From: an uncultured Bacilli bacterium
GTDB lineage: Bacteria > Bacillota_I > Bacilli_A > RF39 > UBA660
DNA length: 64,000 nucleotides
Direction of reading: 5' to 3'
Assembly: GCA_934120635.1 (NCBI GenBank)
Contig: CAKOUR010000009.1
Span: 15,406-79,405 of the forward strand
The first letter of the stretch is position 1, and each line of letters opens with the position of its first letter. This document shows positions 1 to 9,701 of this stretch, one piece after another. The notes under the pieces are model-generated. The model was not told the origin of the DNA, did not search any database, and saw only the letters and a list, made by a program, of their open reading frames with translations. A program made the translations under genes and the position numbers.

Positions 1-366
1 CATGATGAAGATGATTATTTAAAGTTAAATAGTAGAAATGTAAGTTGTATTGATAATATTGATGTTTATATTAAGATTAAAGATGGCGTTATTGAAGATA
101 TTAGTTTTGAGGGAGAAGCTTGTGTGATTAGTATTTCTTCTACTTCGATTATGGCTTCTACTTTGGTTGGAAAAACTATAGATGAAGCGCTTAAGATTAT
201 TGAAAATTATGATGATATGATAGAGGAAAAGGAATATGATAAGGATATTTTAGGGGAGGCTGTTGTTTATGATGATATTGCTAAGCAACCTTCTAGGAAG
301 AAGTGTGCTACGTTAACTTGGAATGGTGTTTATAAAAAATTGCTATCTTTAAAAGATGGTAAGTAG
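1..366 (+). CDS. sufU: Fe-S cluster scaffold protein, SufU/IscU (NifU N-terminal-like) family; 5' end outside window
   Basis: Frame 1 is open from base 1 to TAG at 364-366. The translation FEGEACVISISSTSIMAS...RKKCATLTW matches the Cys-containing motifs of SufU/IscU scaffolds. Confidence 0.7.
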   Translation, partial: HDEDDYLKLNSRNVSCIDNIDVYIKIKDGVIEDISFEGEACVISISSTSIMASTLVGKTIDEALKIIENYDDMIEEKEYDKDILGEAVVYDDIAKQPSRKKCATLTWNGVYKKLLSLKDGK

Positions 367-424
367 TTTTTTCTTTGAAGTAATTTACAGAAAAATCAAA
401 AAAAAGTGAAATGTGATAAAAAAG

Positions 425-453
425 TTGTATTTCAAAAAAAACTAGTGTATAAT
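425..453 (+). promoter_or_regulatory. sigma-A type promoter upstream of sepF
   Basis: TTGTAT (425-430), 17-nt spacer, TGtTATAAT extended -10 (446-453). RBS AAGGAGAGGA precedes the ATG at 484. Confidence 0.6.
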
Positions 454-483
454 AATTGTAAGTTATGATAAGGAGAGGATACT

Positions 484-879
484 ATGGCTTTGAGTAAATT
501 GAAGAAGATGATTGTAGATGAAATTGATGATGAAGAAGTAGAGGAGTCTGAAAAGAGTGAAGATATGGTTAATAGTGTAGGAACAGGTAAAATGATTTTG
601 TTAGAGCCTCGTGCTTATTCTGAGAGTCAACAAATTGCTGATCATTTGAAGAAGAAAAATACTGTTGTTGTGAATATGAAGAGGGTAACGCCTGATCAAG
701 CAAAAAGAATTGTAGATTTTTTAAGTGGTACAGTTTATGCTTTGGGTGGAGATTTACAAAAAATAGGTGCTGGTATTTTCTTATGTACACCTAAAAATGT
801 TGATGTTGAAGGGGCTATTACTGATGATGATGATAAGGGGAAGAAGGCTAAGAATAACGATATTGATTTAGATTGGTAG
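484..879 (+). CDS. sepF: cell division protein SepF
   Basis: 131 aa. Acidic N-terminal linker, then the SepF core [29 protein letters not shown]...[18 protein letters not shown]. Confidence 0.85.
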   Translation: MALSKLKKMIVDEIDDEEVEESEKSEDMVNSVGTGKMILLEPRAYSESQQIADHLKKKNTVVVNMKRVTPDQAKRIVDFLSGTVYALGGDLQKIGAGIFLCTPKNVDVEGAITDDDDKGKKAKNNDIDLDW

Positions 880-896
880 AAGTTAGAGGGTGAGTT

Positions 897-1316
897 ATGA
901 AACGATTTAGTATTGTTAATAATGGATATAACATAGAAGAAGTGAATCAATTTATTGATATGGTTATTAAAAAGTTAGAACGATTGAGTGAAGATAATAA
1001 TAACTATTTGATGCAATTAGAAACTTTGAAAAAGCAATCTAGTCAAAATGCTGATGTAAAAGTTGCGAAGGCTTTGATTGCTGCTCAAGAGACAACGGAT
1101 AAAATGAAAGAACTTGCTCGTACTGAGGCAGATTTAATTGTTAAAGAGGCTAAGGATAATGCTAGTGCTATTGTGCATGAAGCTTTGATTTCTGCTCAAA
1201 AGACTGAACAAGAGTTGGATATGTTGAAGAAAAGTTATAGTGTATATAAAACAAAAATGGAAAGTTTAATTAAGGGACAACTTTCTTTGTTAGAGAAGAG
1301 CAATATTGAAGAATAA
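897..1316 (+). CDS. DivIVA-domain coiled-coil protein
   Basis: The N-terminal FSIVNNGYNIEEVNQFIDMV matches the DivIVA lipid-binding motif (F..v..GY...EVd.FLd). The rest is coiled coil. It lies directly downstream of sepF. Confidence 0.75.
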   Translation: MKRFSIVNNGYNIEEVNQFIDMVIKKLERLSEDNNNYLMQLETLKKQSSQNADVKVAKALIAAQETTDKMKELARTEADLIVKEAKDNASAIVHEALISAQKTEQELDMLKKSYSVYKTKMESLIKGQLSLLEKSNIEE

Positions 1317-1385
1317 TCTCTTCTTTTTTTGTTAACTTTTTTTTAAATATTTGGTACAATTGTAAAAGAAAGAAGGAAGAAGTTA

Positions 1386-2516
1386 ATGATATATTTAGAT
1401 TATGCTGCAACAACACCGGTTGATAAAAGAGTGTTAAGTACTTTTAATAAAGTTTGTTTAGATTATCCTGGGAATAGTAATTCGTTACATAAATTGGGGA
1501 TGGAAGCAAAGGAACTTGAAGATTATACAACAGAAAGAATTAAAGAATTATTAAATTTAAAAGATGAAGAGATTGTTTATACTAGTGGAGCTAGTGAAGC
1601 AAATAATCATGTTATTAAGGGTGTGTGTTCTAAATATAAGAGTCGTGGTAAGCATATTATTACTACCTTTTTAGAACATTCTTCAGTTTTATCTACGGTA
1701 AATTATTTAGCTAATCAAGGGTTTATTGTTGATTATGTAAAAATTAAAGATGATGGTCAAGTAGATTTAGAGCATTTGAAAAAATTATTAAATAATGATA
1801 CCATTTTGGTTAGTATTTGTGCTGTTGATAGTGAACTCGGGATTAAACAACCTATTGAAGAAATTTCTAAAATTGTTAGAGATTATCCAAAGTGTTTCTT
1901 TCATGTTGATTGTACTCAAGCAATAGGAAAAATTCCTCTTTGCTTTGATGATATGGATTTTGCAACTTGTTCTGCACATAAGATTTATGGATTAAAGGGG
2001 ATAGGATTATTGATAAAGAAGAAGAATATTATGTTAGATAATCTTATTCATGGAGGGAAATCTACTACAGTTTATCGTAGTGGAACTCCAGCACTACCAC
2101 TTATTGTTTCTACTATGAAAGCACTTGAATTGGTTATTCCTCATATTGAGGAGAATACTTCTTATGTTAAGGAATTAAATCAAAGTATTTTAGAATTTTT
2201 TAAGAAGTATCCTTCTGTTTTAATTAATAGTACTTCAAATTCTATTTATTCTACGATTAATATTAGTATTCTTAATATAAAGCCAGAAACTTTTATTCAT
2301 GCAATGGATAATTATGATATTTATATTTCTACTAAGAGTGCCTGTTCTAGTTCTAATACAATGTCTGATTCTGTGTATGCTGTGACAAAAGATCGAGAAA
2401 GAGCTATGCATAGTATTCGAATTAGTCTTTCTTTTAAAACGACAAAAGAAGAAATAGAAGAATTTTTTAGATGTTTTGATTTATGTTATCAAAGTTTAAA
2501 TTTTAAGGGAAATTAG
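1386..2516 (+). CDS. cysteine desulfurase, class V aminotransferase (NifS/IscS family)
   Basis: 376 aa. PLP-lysine context SAHKIYGLKGIG, plus YLDYAATTP at the N-terminus and a C-terminal Cys loop STKSACSS. Confidence 0.85.
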   Translation: MIYLDYAATTPVDKRVLSTFNKVCLDYPGNSNSLHKLGMEAKELEDYTTERIKELLNLKDEEIVYTSGASEANNHVIKGVCSKYKSRGKHIITTFLEHSSVLSTVNYLANQGFIVDYVKIKDDGQVDLEHLKKLLNNDTILVSICAVDSELGIKQPIEEISKIVRDYPKCFFHVDCTQAIGKIPLCFDDMDFATCSAHKIYGLKGIGLLIKKKNIMLDNLIHGGKSTTVYRSGTPALPLIVSTMKALELVIPHIEENTSYVKELNQSILEFFKKYPSVLINSTSNSIYSTINISILNIKPETFIHAMDNYDIYISTKSACSSSNTMSDSVYAVTKDRERAMHSIRISLSFKTTKEEIEEFFRCFDLCYQSLNFKGN

Positions 2517-2517
2517 A

Positions 2518-3510
2518 ATGAAAAAGATTTTTCTTTTGATTCTTCTTACTTTTTGTCCTTTATCTTTTGTTTTTGCAGATACTAAAAATTCTGTTAATAT
2601 TTATTTCTTTCATTCTAACACTTGTTCTCATTGCAAAGCTGAAAATAAATTTTTGCAAAGCATAGAAAAACAATATGATAACGTAAATGTATATCGCTAT
2701 GAGGTACATGATGAAAAAAATACTGATAAAATAAAAATGTTGGAAGATATTTATCAAATTAGTTTAGAAAGTGTTCCTGTAACGGTTATTGGTGATACTA
2801 TTTTTTATGGTTTTTCTGATGATGTAAGTAAAAATGAATTTTTGAGGGCAATTTCTTATTATTCTTTATATGGTTATCAAGATAAATTAGGGTATGCTTT
2901 TCAAGTAAAAACGTTACCAAGTTATCCTTATTCAAAAAATACTTTAAGTTATTCTTCCTACTTAAAAAAGATGAATGTTAAAATATTAGGGATTCTTCCT
3001 ATCTTTACTTTAGATAATTCTATGAATGCTAGTATTTTAGGTGTATTATCAGGGATTAATATTATCTTTTTATGTTCTTTAGTTCTTTTCTTTTTTCTCA
3101 TTCAAAAAGAAAAAGAACATAAAAATCGCTTATTTCTTTTTATTTTTTATTTTTTCTTTTCTTATTTAGGAAATATATATTTAATTAAACAAGGAATATG
3201 GTATTTTTTGTTTATTATTCTTTTTTTCTTTGTACTAATTTTCTATTCTTTAAAAAAGAAAAAATCTGTTTTTTGTCTTGCAGATATTGGATTAGTTTTA
3301 TCTTTAATGGTTACTTTAATAACAAAATATTATTTTTCTTATACCATAGATATTTTTAATCATATTAATCATTTATATCAGTTTACGGGACTAGATTGTT
3401 TTAGTTATTCCATTTATTACTTATTTCCTCTTTTCTTAATTTATCTTATCCTTCTTTGTATTTTATGTTTAATTAATGAGAAAAAGAGTAATAAGAAGAT
3501 TAATTTGTAA
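2518..3510 (+). CDS. thioredoxin-fold (CxxC) domain fused to a polytopic membrane domain
   Basis: Signal/anchor sequence, then FFHSNTCSHCKAE (CxxC in a thioredoxin-like context), then several hydrophobic segments. Confidence 0.55.
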   Translation: MKKIFLLILLTFCPLSFVFADTKNSVNIYFFHSNTCSHCKAENKFLQSIEKQYDNVNVYRYEVHDEKNTDKIKMLEDIYQISLESVPVTVIGDTIFYGFSDDVSKNEFLRAISYYSLYGYQDKLGYAFQVKTLPSYPYSKNTLSYSSYLKKMNVKILGILPIFTLDNSMNASILGVLSGINIIFLCSLVLFFFLIQKEKEHKNRLFLFIFYFFFSYLGNIYLIKQGIWYFLFIILFFFVLIFYSLKKKKSVFCLADIGLVLSLMVTLITKYYFSYTIDIFNHINHLYQFTGLDCFSYSIYYLFPLFLIYLILLCILCLINEKKSNKKINL

Positions 3511-3546
3511 TAATAAATAATGAGAAGAAAGCAGTTTAAAATTTTT

Positions 3547-3590
3547 AGAAATTTGAGGAGTAAAATACTTAAATTTCTTTTTTCTTTTTG
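3547..3590 (+). terminator. rho-independent terminator
   Basis: AGAAATTT (3547-3554) pairs with AAATTTCT (3571-3578) and is followed by a T-run. Confidence 0.5.
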
Positions 3591-3824
3591 ATAAAGAATA
3601 TTTATTGGTAGGAGAAAGTGGTGAAGAGTGATTGTTATAAAATGTATGTTTAAAAATAAAATGTATGTAAAAATAAAATCTATAAAAAAGATAAGAAGAA
3701 TTATTGACTATAGGTCGTGTTTTTGCTATTCTTTTATTAGGTAAATGATGTACATTTATGATTAAGATTAATAAAATACATAAGTTCCATAGAAGTATTT
3801 TATTAATAAAAAGAGGTGGAGATA

Positions 3825-5984
3825 ATGGAACAAGATATAATTAATTTGTTGTCTAATCCTAGCAGACCTTCAATGAGTTCTATTGAGATTAATGATGCTT
3901 TGGGTTATAAATCTATTGATGATTATAAGGCTGTTATGAAGTTGTTGGATGAATTATGTGTTAAGGGTATTCTTTATTATAGTGAAAAAAAGAAGAAATA
4001 TTTGTTATTAAAGAATAGTCATTTAGTTAGTGGAAAGATGTTGATGAATCCAAAGGGATTTGGGTTTGTATCTATTGGTGAAGGAAAGAAAGATATTTAT
4101 GTTCATCATGATAATTTAAATGGTGCTAGGAATTTGGATACTGTTTTAATTGAGTTGATAGGTGATAAGACTGAAGGAAGAGTTCATAGTATTTTGAAGA
4201 GAAATATGGAGAGTTTTGTTGGTACGGTTTATTTTAAGAATGGAAAATGTATGGTTCATCCGGATAATAAAAAGTTACTTGATATTGAGGTTATGAAAGA
4301 ATGTCAAAAAGGGCTTGTTGATGGACATAAGGTTGTAGTAGAGCCTGTTGATGAAAGTAAATATTTAGGTAGTGTTACTCATGTTATTGGTCATAAAAAT
4401 GATGTTGGTGTAGATATTTTATCTTTTGTTTATGAAAATAATTTTAAGCCTCAGTTTCCAGAAGAGGTATTAGATTCGATTCAAGATTTGCCTGATAATA
4501 TTGAGGGAGAAAATTTAAGTGGTCGTCTTGATTTAAGAAATAGAGTAATTTTTACGATTGATGGAGATGATACCAAAGATATAGATGATGCCGTAAGTAT
4601 TTTAAAGAATGATGATGGTACCTTTGAACTTGGTGTTCATATTGCGGATGTTAGTCATTATGTAAAACCAGATACTTTATTAGATAAGGAAGCTTATGAA
4701 AGGGGAACTAGTGTTTATTTGGTAGACAGAGTAATACCAATGTTACCTCACCGATTATCAAATGGAATTTGTTCTTTAAATCCAAATGTTGATCGACTTT
4801 CGATGTCTTGTATTATGAAGATTGATTCAACGGGTAAGATTATTTCTCATTGGATTGGGGAATCTGTTATTCGTAGTAGAATCCAAATGACTTATAATAA
4901 GGTTAATGATATTTTAGACAAAGGAATCATTGATGAAGCTTATCAACCATTCGCTGATGATTTAAGGATAATGCGACATGTATCAGATTTGTTGAGACAA
5001 AGAATGGTTAAACGTGGTTATATTGAATTTCATAGTAATGAAGCAAAAATTATTGTTGATGATGCGGGAAAACCAGTTGATATTCGTTTGAGAAATGAAG
5101 GAACAGGAGAAAATATGATAGAAAACTTTATGGTTGCAGCGAATGAAACAGTTGCTAGTTCTATATTCTATCAACAATTACCTGGTATTTATCGTGTTCA
5201 TAGTAAGCCTGATGAAAAGAGATTAAATAGTTTCTTCTGTTTCTTGGCTTCTCGTGGTTATAAAGTAAATGGAAAGAAGAAAAATATTACAGCAAGAGAT
5301 TTACAAAATGTCTTAAAGCAATTAGAGGATAAACCAGATGCAAAAATCCTTAATGATTTAGCAATTAGAAGTCAGGCTAAGGCTGTTTATTCAGATACTA
5401 ATATTGGTCATTTTGGTCTTGGTAGTAAATGCTATGCACATTTTACTTCTCCTATTAGAAGATATCCAGACTTAATTTTACATCGTTTGGTAAAAGATTA
5501 TCAATATCATTATTCTCCAGAAGTTATTGAATATTGGAATAAGAATTTATCTATTATGGCACTTCATTGTTCTGAGAAAGAACAAGATGCTGTTAAGTGT
5601 GAAAGAGATGTTGATGATATGAAGAAAGCTGAATATATGGAAAGTCATATTGGAGAAACGTTTACAGGAGTTATTTCTGGTGTACAAGAGTTTGGTGTTT
5701 TTGTTGAACTTCCTAATACAGTAGAAGGCCTTGCTAGAGTAGAGGATATGCCTCGTGGAGGATATCGTTATATTGAAGATGCTATGTGTTTAATTAATAG
5801 TAAAACAAAAGATATATTTGGTTTTGGAGATGAAGTTATTGTTCAGGTAATTAAGGCTTGTAAGGAGAATTCAACTATTGATTTTAAGATTTTAGGAAAA
5901 GTGAAAGAAAAAGAGAATGAAAATAGTCAAGATTTGGATGAAAAATCAGATTCTAAAAAATATATTTTGAAAAAGAATAAATAG
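3825..5984 (+). CDS. rnr: ribonuclease R
   Basis: RNB catalytic motif IDGDDTKDIDDAV, C-terminal S1 domain (GVISGVQEFGVFVEL) and a Lys-rich tail. The start is moved to the ATG at 3825, 5-7 nt after AGAGGTGGA; the track start at 3816 is GTG. Confidence 0.9.
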   Translation: MEQDIINLLSNPSRPSMSSIEINDALGYKSIDDYKAVMKLLDELCVKGILYYSEKKKKYLLLKNSHLVSGKMLMNPKGFGFVSIGEGKKDIYVHHDNLNGARNLDTVLIELIGDKTEGRVHSILKRNMESFVGTVYFKNGKCMVHPDNKKLLDIEVMKECQKGLVDGHKVVVEPVDESKYLGSVTHVIGHKNDVGVDILSFVYENNFKPQFPEEVLDSIQDLPDNIEGENLSGRLDLRNRVIFTIDGDDTKDIDDAVSILKNDDGTFELGVHIADVSHYVKPDTLLDKEAYERGTSVYLVDRVIPMLPHRLSNGICSLNPNVDRLSMSCIMKIDSTGKIISHWIGESVIRSRIQMTYNKVNDILDKGIIDEAYQPFADDLRIMRHVSDLLRQRMVKRGYIEFHSNEAKIIVDDAGKPVDIRLRNEGTGENMIENFMVAANETVASSIFYQQLPGIYRVHSKPDEKRLNSFFCFLASRGYKVNGKKKNITARDLQNVLKQLEDKPDAKILNDLAIRSQAKAVYSDTNIGHFGLGSKCYAHFTSPIRRYPDLILHRLVKDYQYHYSPEVIEYWNKNLSIMALHCSEKEQDAVKCERDVDDMKKAEYMESHIGETFTGVISGVQEFGVFVELPNTVEGLARVEDMPRGGYRYIEDAMCLINSKTKDIFGFGDEVIVQVIKACKENSTIDFKILGKVKEKENENSQDLDEKSDSKKYILKKNK

Positions 5985-5992
5985 GTGTAGAG

Positions 5993-7240
5993 ATGCAAAG
6001 AAGAAAGAAAAAGTTAAAGTTAGGTAATATTTTTATTGCAGTTAGTTTAGTTATTTTATTTTCTTTGGTTTTGATTTATTTTCTTGGTGGTGCTAACTCT
6101 AAAAATTTACAGCAAGAAGTAAAAAAAGATAATAAATTGCAAGAAAATAAGAAGGAAGAAGAGCAAGAGTATCAGGCGTCTATGGTTATGGTAGGAGATA
6201 ATTTAATTCATTCTAGTATTTATAAAGATGCTAGTGATGGAAAGGGGGGCTACGACTTTAGAAAGATGTATGAGTTGGTAAAGCCTATTATTCAAAAATA
6301 TGATATTGCTTACTATAATCAAGAAACTGTGCTTGGGGGAAAGGAACTTGGTGTGAGTGATTATCCTACTTTTAATTCTCCTCAAGAGGTTGGAGATGCG
6401 ATGATTGATGCTGGATTTAATTTGGTTTCTCTTGCTAGTAATCATACGATGGATTCTGGGGAGAAGGCTATTTTGGCATCAAGGGAGTATTGGGATAGTA
6501 AGAGTGATGTTTTGGCTGTTGGTAGTTATTCTAGTGCTGATGATCGGAATAAAGTTCGAATTGTTACAAAGAATAATATTCGGTATACGATGTTGAATTA
6601 TACTTATGGTACAAATGGAATAAGTGTTCCTAGTGGAAAAGAATACTTAGTTAATGTTTGGCCTACTAATTTAGAAATAAATGATGTAGAGAAGGATACA
6701 CAATATCAAGAATATAAAAAACAAGTAAAGAAGGATATTGAACAAGTTAGAGATAGTGTAGATGTTTTAATGGTAGCAATGCATTGGGGAGTAGAATATA
6801 CAGATGAGGCTACAGAATATGAGAAAGATATGGCTTCTTATTTGGCAAGTTTAGGTGTAGATATTATTATTGGTGCTCATCCCCATGTTATTCAGCCAGT
6901 TACTTGGATTGATAAGACTTTAGTAATTTATTCTTTAGGTAATTTTATTTCGGCTCAGTATCAGACTGATGATTATAACAAGATGGTTGGTTTGATGACT
7001 AGTTTAGAGATAAAAAAGAAAGTAAAAGGAAAAGATGTAACGATTAGTATTTCTAATGTAGATAATGATTTGGTATATACTTATTATAAGAATTGGCGAG
7101 GATTTAAAGTTGTTCCATTTTCTAGTTCGGAGATTGCTAATTATTTGCCTGATTATAAAAGAGTTCATGATAAATATGCTAAGGTGGTAAAGAAATATGA
7201 TAATAATATTTCGGTAAAGCCTGCTTATGGAGAGGAATAA
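5993..7240 (+). CDS. CapA-family (PGA_cap) metallophosphatase-like protein, membrane anchored
   Basis: N-terminal TM segment plus motifs MVGDNLIH, NHTMD, HWGVEY, GAHPHV. Confidence 0.8.
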   Translation: MQRRKKKLKLGNIFIAVSLVILFSLVLIYFLGGANSKNLQQEVKKDNKLQENKKEEEQEYQASMVMVGDNLIHSSIYKDASDGKGGYDFRKMYELVKPIIQKYDIAYYNQETVLGGKELGVSDYPTFNSPQEVGDAMIDAGFNLVSLASNHTMDSGEKAILASREYWDSKSDVLAVGSYSSADDRNKVRIVTKNNIRYTMLNYTYGTNGISVPSGKEYLVNVWPTNLEINDVEKDTQYQEYKKQVKKDIEQVRDSVDVLMVAMHWGVEYTDEATEYEKDMASYLASLGVDIIIGAHPHVIQPVTWIDKTLVIYSLGNFISAQYQTDDYNKMVGLMTSLEIKKKVKGKDVTISISNVDNDLVYTYYKNWRGFKVVPFSSSEIANYLPDYKRVHDKYAKVVKKYDNNISVKPAYGEE

Positions 7241-8451
7241 TGAAAAAAATAAGAAATAAGAAAAAGAAAAAATTTATCGTTTTAGTTCTTCTTTTCTTTA
7301 TTTCTCTTTTTACTTTTGGAGGAGTAGTTCTTTATCAGTATTTTCCTGCTTTTGAACAAAAGAAAACAATAAAAAAGGAAAAAAATACTTCTAAAGAAAA
7401 TAAGAAGAGTATAGAGAAATTATCTATGGTTATGGTAGGAGATAATTTAATTCATGATAAGATATATTGGGATGCTAAGAATGAGGGTGGTTATGATTTT
7501 AAGCCTATTTTTAGGGAAATTAAACCTATTATTCAAAAATATGATATTGCTTATTATAATCAAGAGACAATTTTAGGAGGATCAGATATTGGGGTTTCTA
7601 GTTATCCTGCATTTAATAGTCCTTATGAAGTTGGAGATGCGATGATTGATACTGGATTTAATTTAGTTTCTCTTGCTACTAATCATACAATGGATAGAGG
7701 AGAGAGGGCAATTTTAAATTCTAGGAAGTACTGGGATAGTAAGAGTGATGTTTTGGCTGTTGGTAGTTATTCTAGTACTGATGATCGAGATAAGGTTCGG
7801 ATTGTTACCAAAAATAATATTCGTTATGCTATGTTAAATTATACATATGGAACGAATGGAATAAGTGTTCCTAGTGGAAAAGAATACTTAGTTAATGTTT
7901 GGCCTGTTACTGGGAATAATCCTGATACAGATACTTTGTACCAAGAATATAAAAGTCAGGTAAAAAAAGATATTGAACAAGTTAGGGATAAAGTTGATTT
8001 ACTTATTGTTGCAATGCACTGGGGAGTGGAATATCAAGCAATGCCTAATCGTTATCAGGAAGATATGGCTTCTTATTTAGCTAGTTTAGGAGTGAATATT
8101 ATTATTGGTACGCATCCTCATGTTATTCAGCCAGTTACTTGGATTAATCAAACATTAGTAATTTATTCACTTGGTAATTTTTTGTCTGCTCATGAAGTAG
8201 TTAATATGGCTAATCGGGTTGGTTTGATGAGTATGGTTGACATTTATAAAGAAAATGGTAAAATAGTACTAGAAAATTTGCGCAATGAATTATTGTATAC
8301 TTATTATGATTCTTCTTATCGAGATTTTTTGATTATTCCTTTTTCTTCTATGGAAGAGAAGTATTTAAGTAATTATCGTGAAGTATATTCTAAATATAAA
8401 GGAATAGTTCAAGCATTAGATAAGAATGTAATTGTTCAATCGTTGAATTAA
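7240..8451 (+). CDS. CapA-family protein, tandem paralogue of the preceding gene
   Basis: Same motif set (MVGDNLIH, NHTMD, HWGVEY, GTHPHV). The start overlaps the upstream stop (TAATG). Confidence 0.8.
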   Translation: MKKIRNKKKKKFIVLVLLFFISLFTFGGVVLYQYFPAFEQKKTIKKEKNTSKENKKSIEKLSMVMVGDNLIHDKIYWDAKNEGGYDFKPIFREIKPIIQKYDIAYYNQETILGGSDIGVSSYPAFNSPYEVGDAMIDTGFNLVSLATNHTMDRGERAILNSRKYWDSKSDVLAVGSYSSTDDRDKVRIVTKNNIRYAMLNYTYGTNGISVPSGKEYLVNVWPVTGNNPDTDTLYQEYKSQVKKDIEQVRDKVDLLIVAMHWGVEYQAMPNRYQEDMASYLASLGVNIIIGTHPHVIQPVTWINQTLVIYSLGNFLSAHEVVNMANRVGLMSMVDIYKENGKIVLENLRNELLYTYYDSSYRDFLIIPFSSMEEKYLSNYREVYSKYKGIVQALDKNVIVQSLN

Positions 8452-8463
8452 GGAAGAGGTGTT

Positions 8464-9372
8464 ATGATGGAAGAGGAAAGAATAGAATTAAATGTTCCTG
8501 ATATTGGTCAAAATGAAAAAGTAAAAAAAATGAGAGAAGAAGAACAAAAAAATGATTTAAGGGAACAAAAAATTGCTAAAGAAAATAGAAGAAGAGCAGC
8601 AATGCGAACTAGAAGAAAGAAAAAAATCAAAAAGTACATTTTTGCTGCTGGTGTTGTTGTTATTGTTGGAGCAGGGCTTACTTATGTGGGAAAAAATGTT
8701 ATTCAAAATATTAATTATTCATCAAATCCAATAGAAAATACTGTTTCGTCTATTGATAGTTATATTAATAATGGTGAAAAAACTGAGTCTGCTGTGGTTG
8801 AGGAGTATGCAGAAAAATATGCCGCTTTAGAACAAGAAATACAATATAATGAACAGAGTAGCAATAGTAAATTGTCTCAGGTTGCTGATGATACTCAAGA
8901 AAAGGTAGATGCTCAGATTTCTAAATTAGCAGATAAAATGCTTTCTGATTTTGGAAGTTTAAGTTCTGAGGAATTAAAAACTTCATGTTTCAAGAGAACA
9001 AATGATAAACAATCTAGTTTTTATGATTTTTCTCTTTATCACAAAAAAAGTGTTACTTTAAATTGGTTAAAGAAATATTTTGATTATTCTCAAATTGAAA
9101 ATATTTATAATCGTTTATCTGAAGAAGAGATTAATGCTTTAATTGCTTTTACTACTTATAATTGTATTGATGTTTATGATGGTGGACCAAATAATAGAGA
9201 AACTTTTCTTAGGAATTTAGGATTTACTTCTGATCAAGGTGATGAGGAAAAATTAGCAATTGCAAAAAAGATGGCTAATCAAGTTTCCTTTAATATTGCT
9301 AAAGAGAGTTTAACACAAGAATTGGGATATTCTTTAGATATAGAGGCAGAAAGTGTAGGAAGAGGTAAATAG
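8464..9372 (+). CDS. hypothetical single-pass membrane protein
   Basis: Long ORF with an RBS. Charged N-terminus, one TM segment (IFAAGVVVIVGAGLTYV), no recognised motif. Confidence 0.5.
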   Translation: MMEEERIELNVPDIGQNEKVKKMREEEQKNDLREQKIAKENRRRAAMRTRRKKKIKKYIFAAGVVVIVGAGLTYVGKNVIQNINYSSNPIENTVSSIDSYINNGEKTESAVVEEYAEKYAALEQEIQYNEQSSNSKLSQVADDTQEKVDAQISKLADKMLSDFGSLSSEELKTSCFKRTNDKQSSFYDFSLYHKKSVTLNWLKKYFDYSQIENIYNRLSEEEINALIAFTTYNCIDVYDGGPNNRETFLRNLGFTSDQGDEEKLAIAKKMANQVSFNIAKESLTQELGYSLDIEAESVGRGK

Positions 9373-9373
9373 T

Positions 9374-9610
9374 ATGCAAGATCAAGAAATGGAAGTTGAG
9401 TATGTTACTTTAGAAGATGGTAGTGATTACTTTGTTGTTGATATTATTGATCATTATGTTTATTTAAAAAAAGAAGATGATGATAAGACATTTGAAGTTC
9501 GTGAAGTAGTAAAAGAAGAGAATGGAGAAGAATTCTTTGTAGAACTTGATAGTCAAGAAGAGTATGAGAATGCTTTATTATTATTTACAAAGAAGTATGT
9601 TAATCAATAA
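9374..9610 (+). CDS. small acidic DUF1292-like protein
   Basis: 78 aa, acidic. The pattern VTLEDGSDYFVVDII...FEVREVVKEENGEEF is typical of DUF1292-family proteins. Confidence 0.55.
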   Translation: MQDQEMEVEYVTLEDGSDYFVVDIIDHYVYLKKEDDDKTFEVREVVKEENGEEFFVELDSQEEYENALLLFTKKYVNQ

Positions 9611-9645
9611 TTTGATTTTATTAGTAAACTAAAAAGAAATATTCT

Positions 9646-9674
9646 TTGGAATATTCTTTTTTCTGTGGTATACT
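9646..9674 (+). promoter_or_regulatory. sigma-A type promoter upstream of parE
   Basis: TTGGAA (9646-9651), 17-nt spacer, TGgTATACT extended -10 (9666-9674). Confidence 0.55.
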
Positions 9675-9701
9675 ATTTTAAGAAATTAAGAAAGATGGTA
9701 G

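Noticed and set aside
569-950. Antisense ORFs across sepF and its 3' end (569-790 and 735-950, minus strand)
   Set aside because: They overlap a well-supported sepF CDS and have no RBS. Their composition is typical of the reverse frame of an AT-rich gene. The same reasoning applies to the other short track ORFs nested in rnr, capA, the adhesin gene, ileS, the LRR gene, addB, addA, A2, A4, A8, A10, B3, B5 and B6.
1-2516. The SufU-like scaffold gene and the cysteine desulfurase gene separated by sepF and a divIVA-like gene
   Set aside because: This is probably just local gene order. The desulfurase is NifS/IscS-like rather than SufS, and nothing in the sequence indicates a functional link or a rearrangement scar.
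3768-3812. A 12-bp perfect hairpin (TTAATAAAATAC...GTATTTTATTAA) in the rnr 5' UTR, considered as a possible riboswitch or attenuator
   Set aside because: It has no T-run, no conserved riboswitch core that I recognise, and an AT-only stem. It could equally be an mRNA-stabilising or processing hairpin, so no function is claimed for it.
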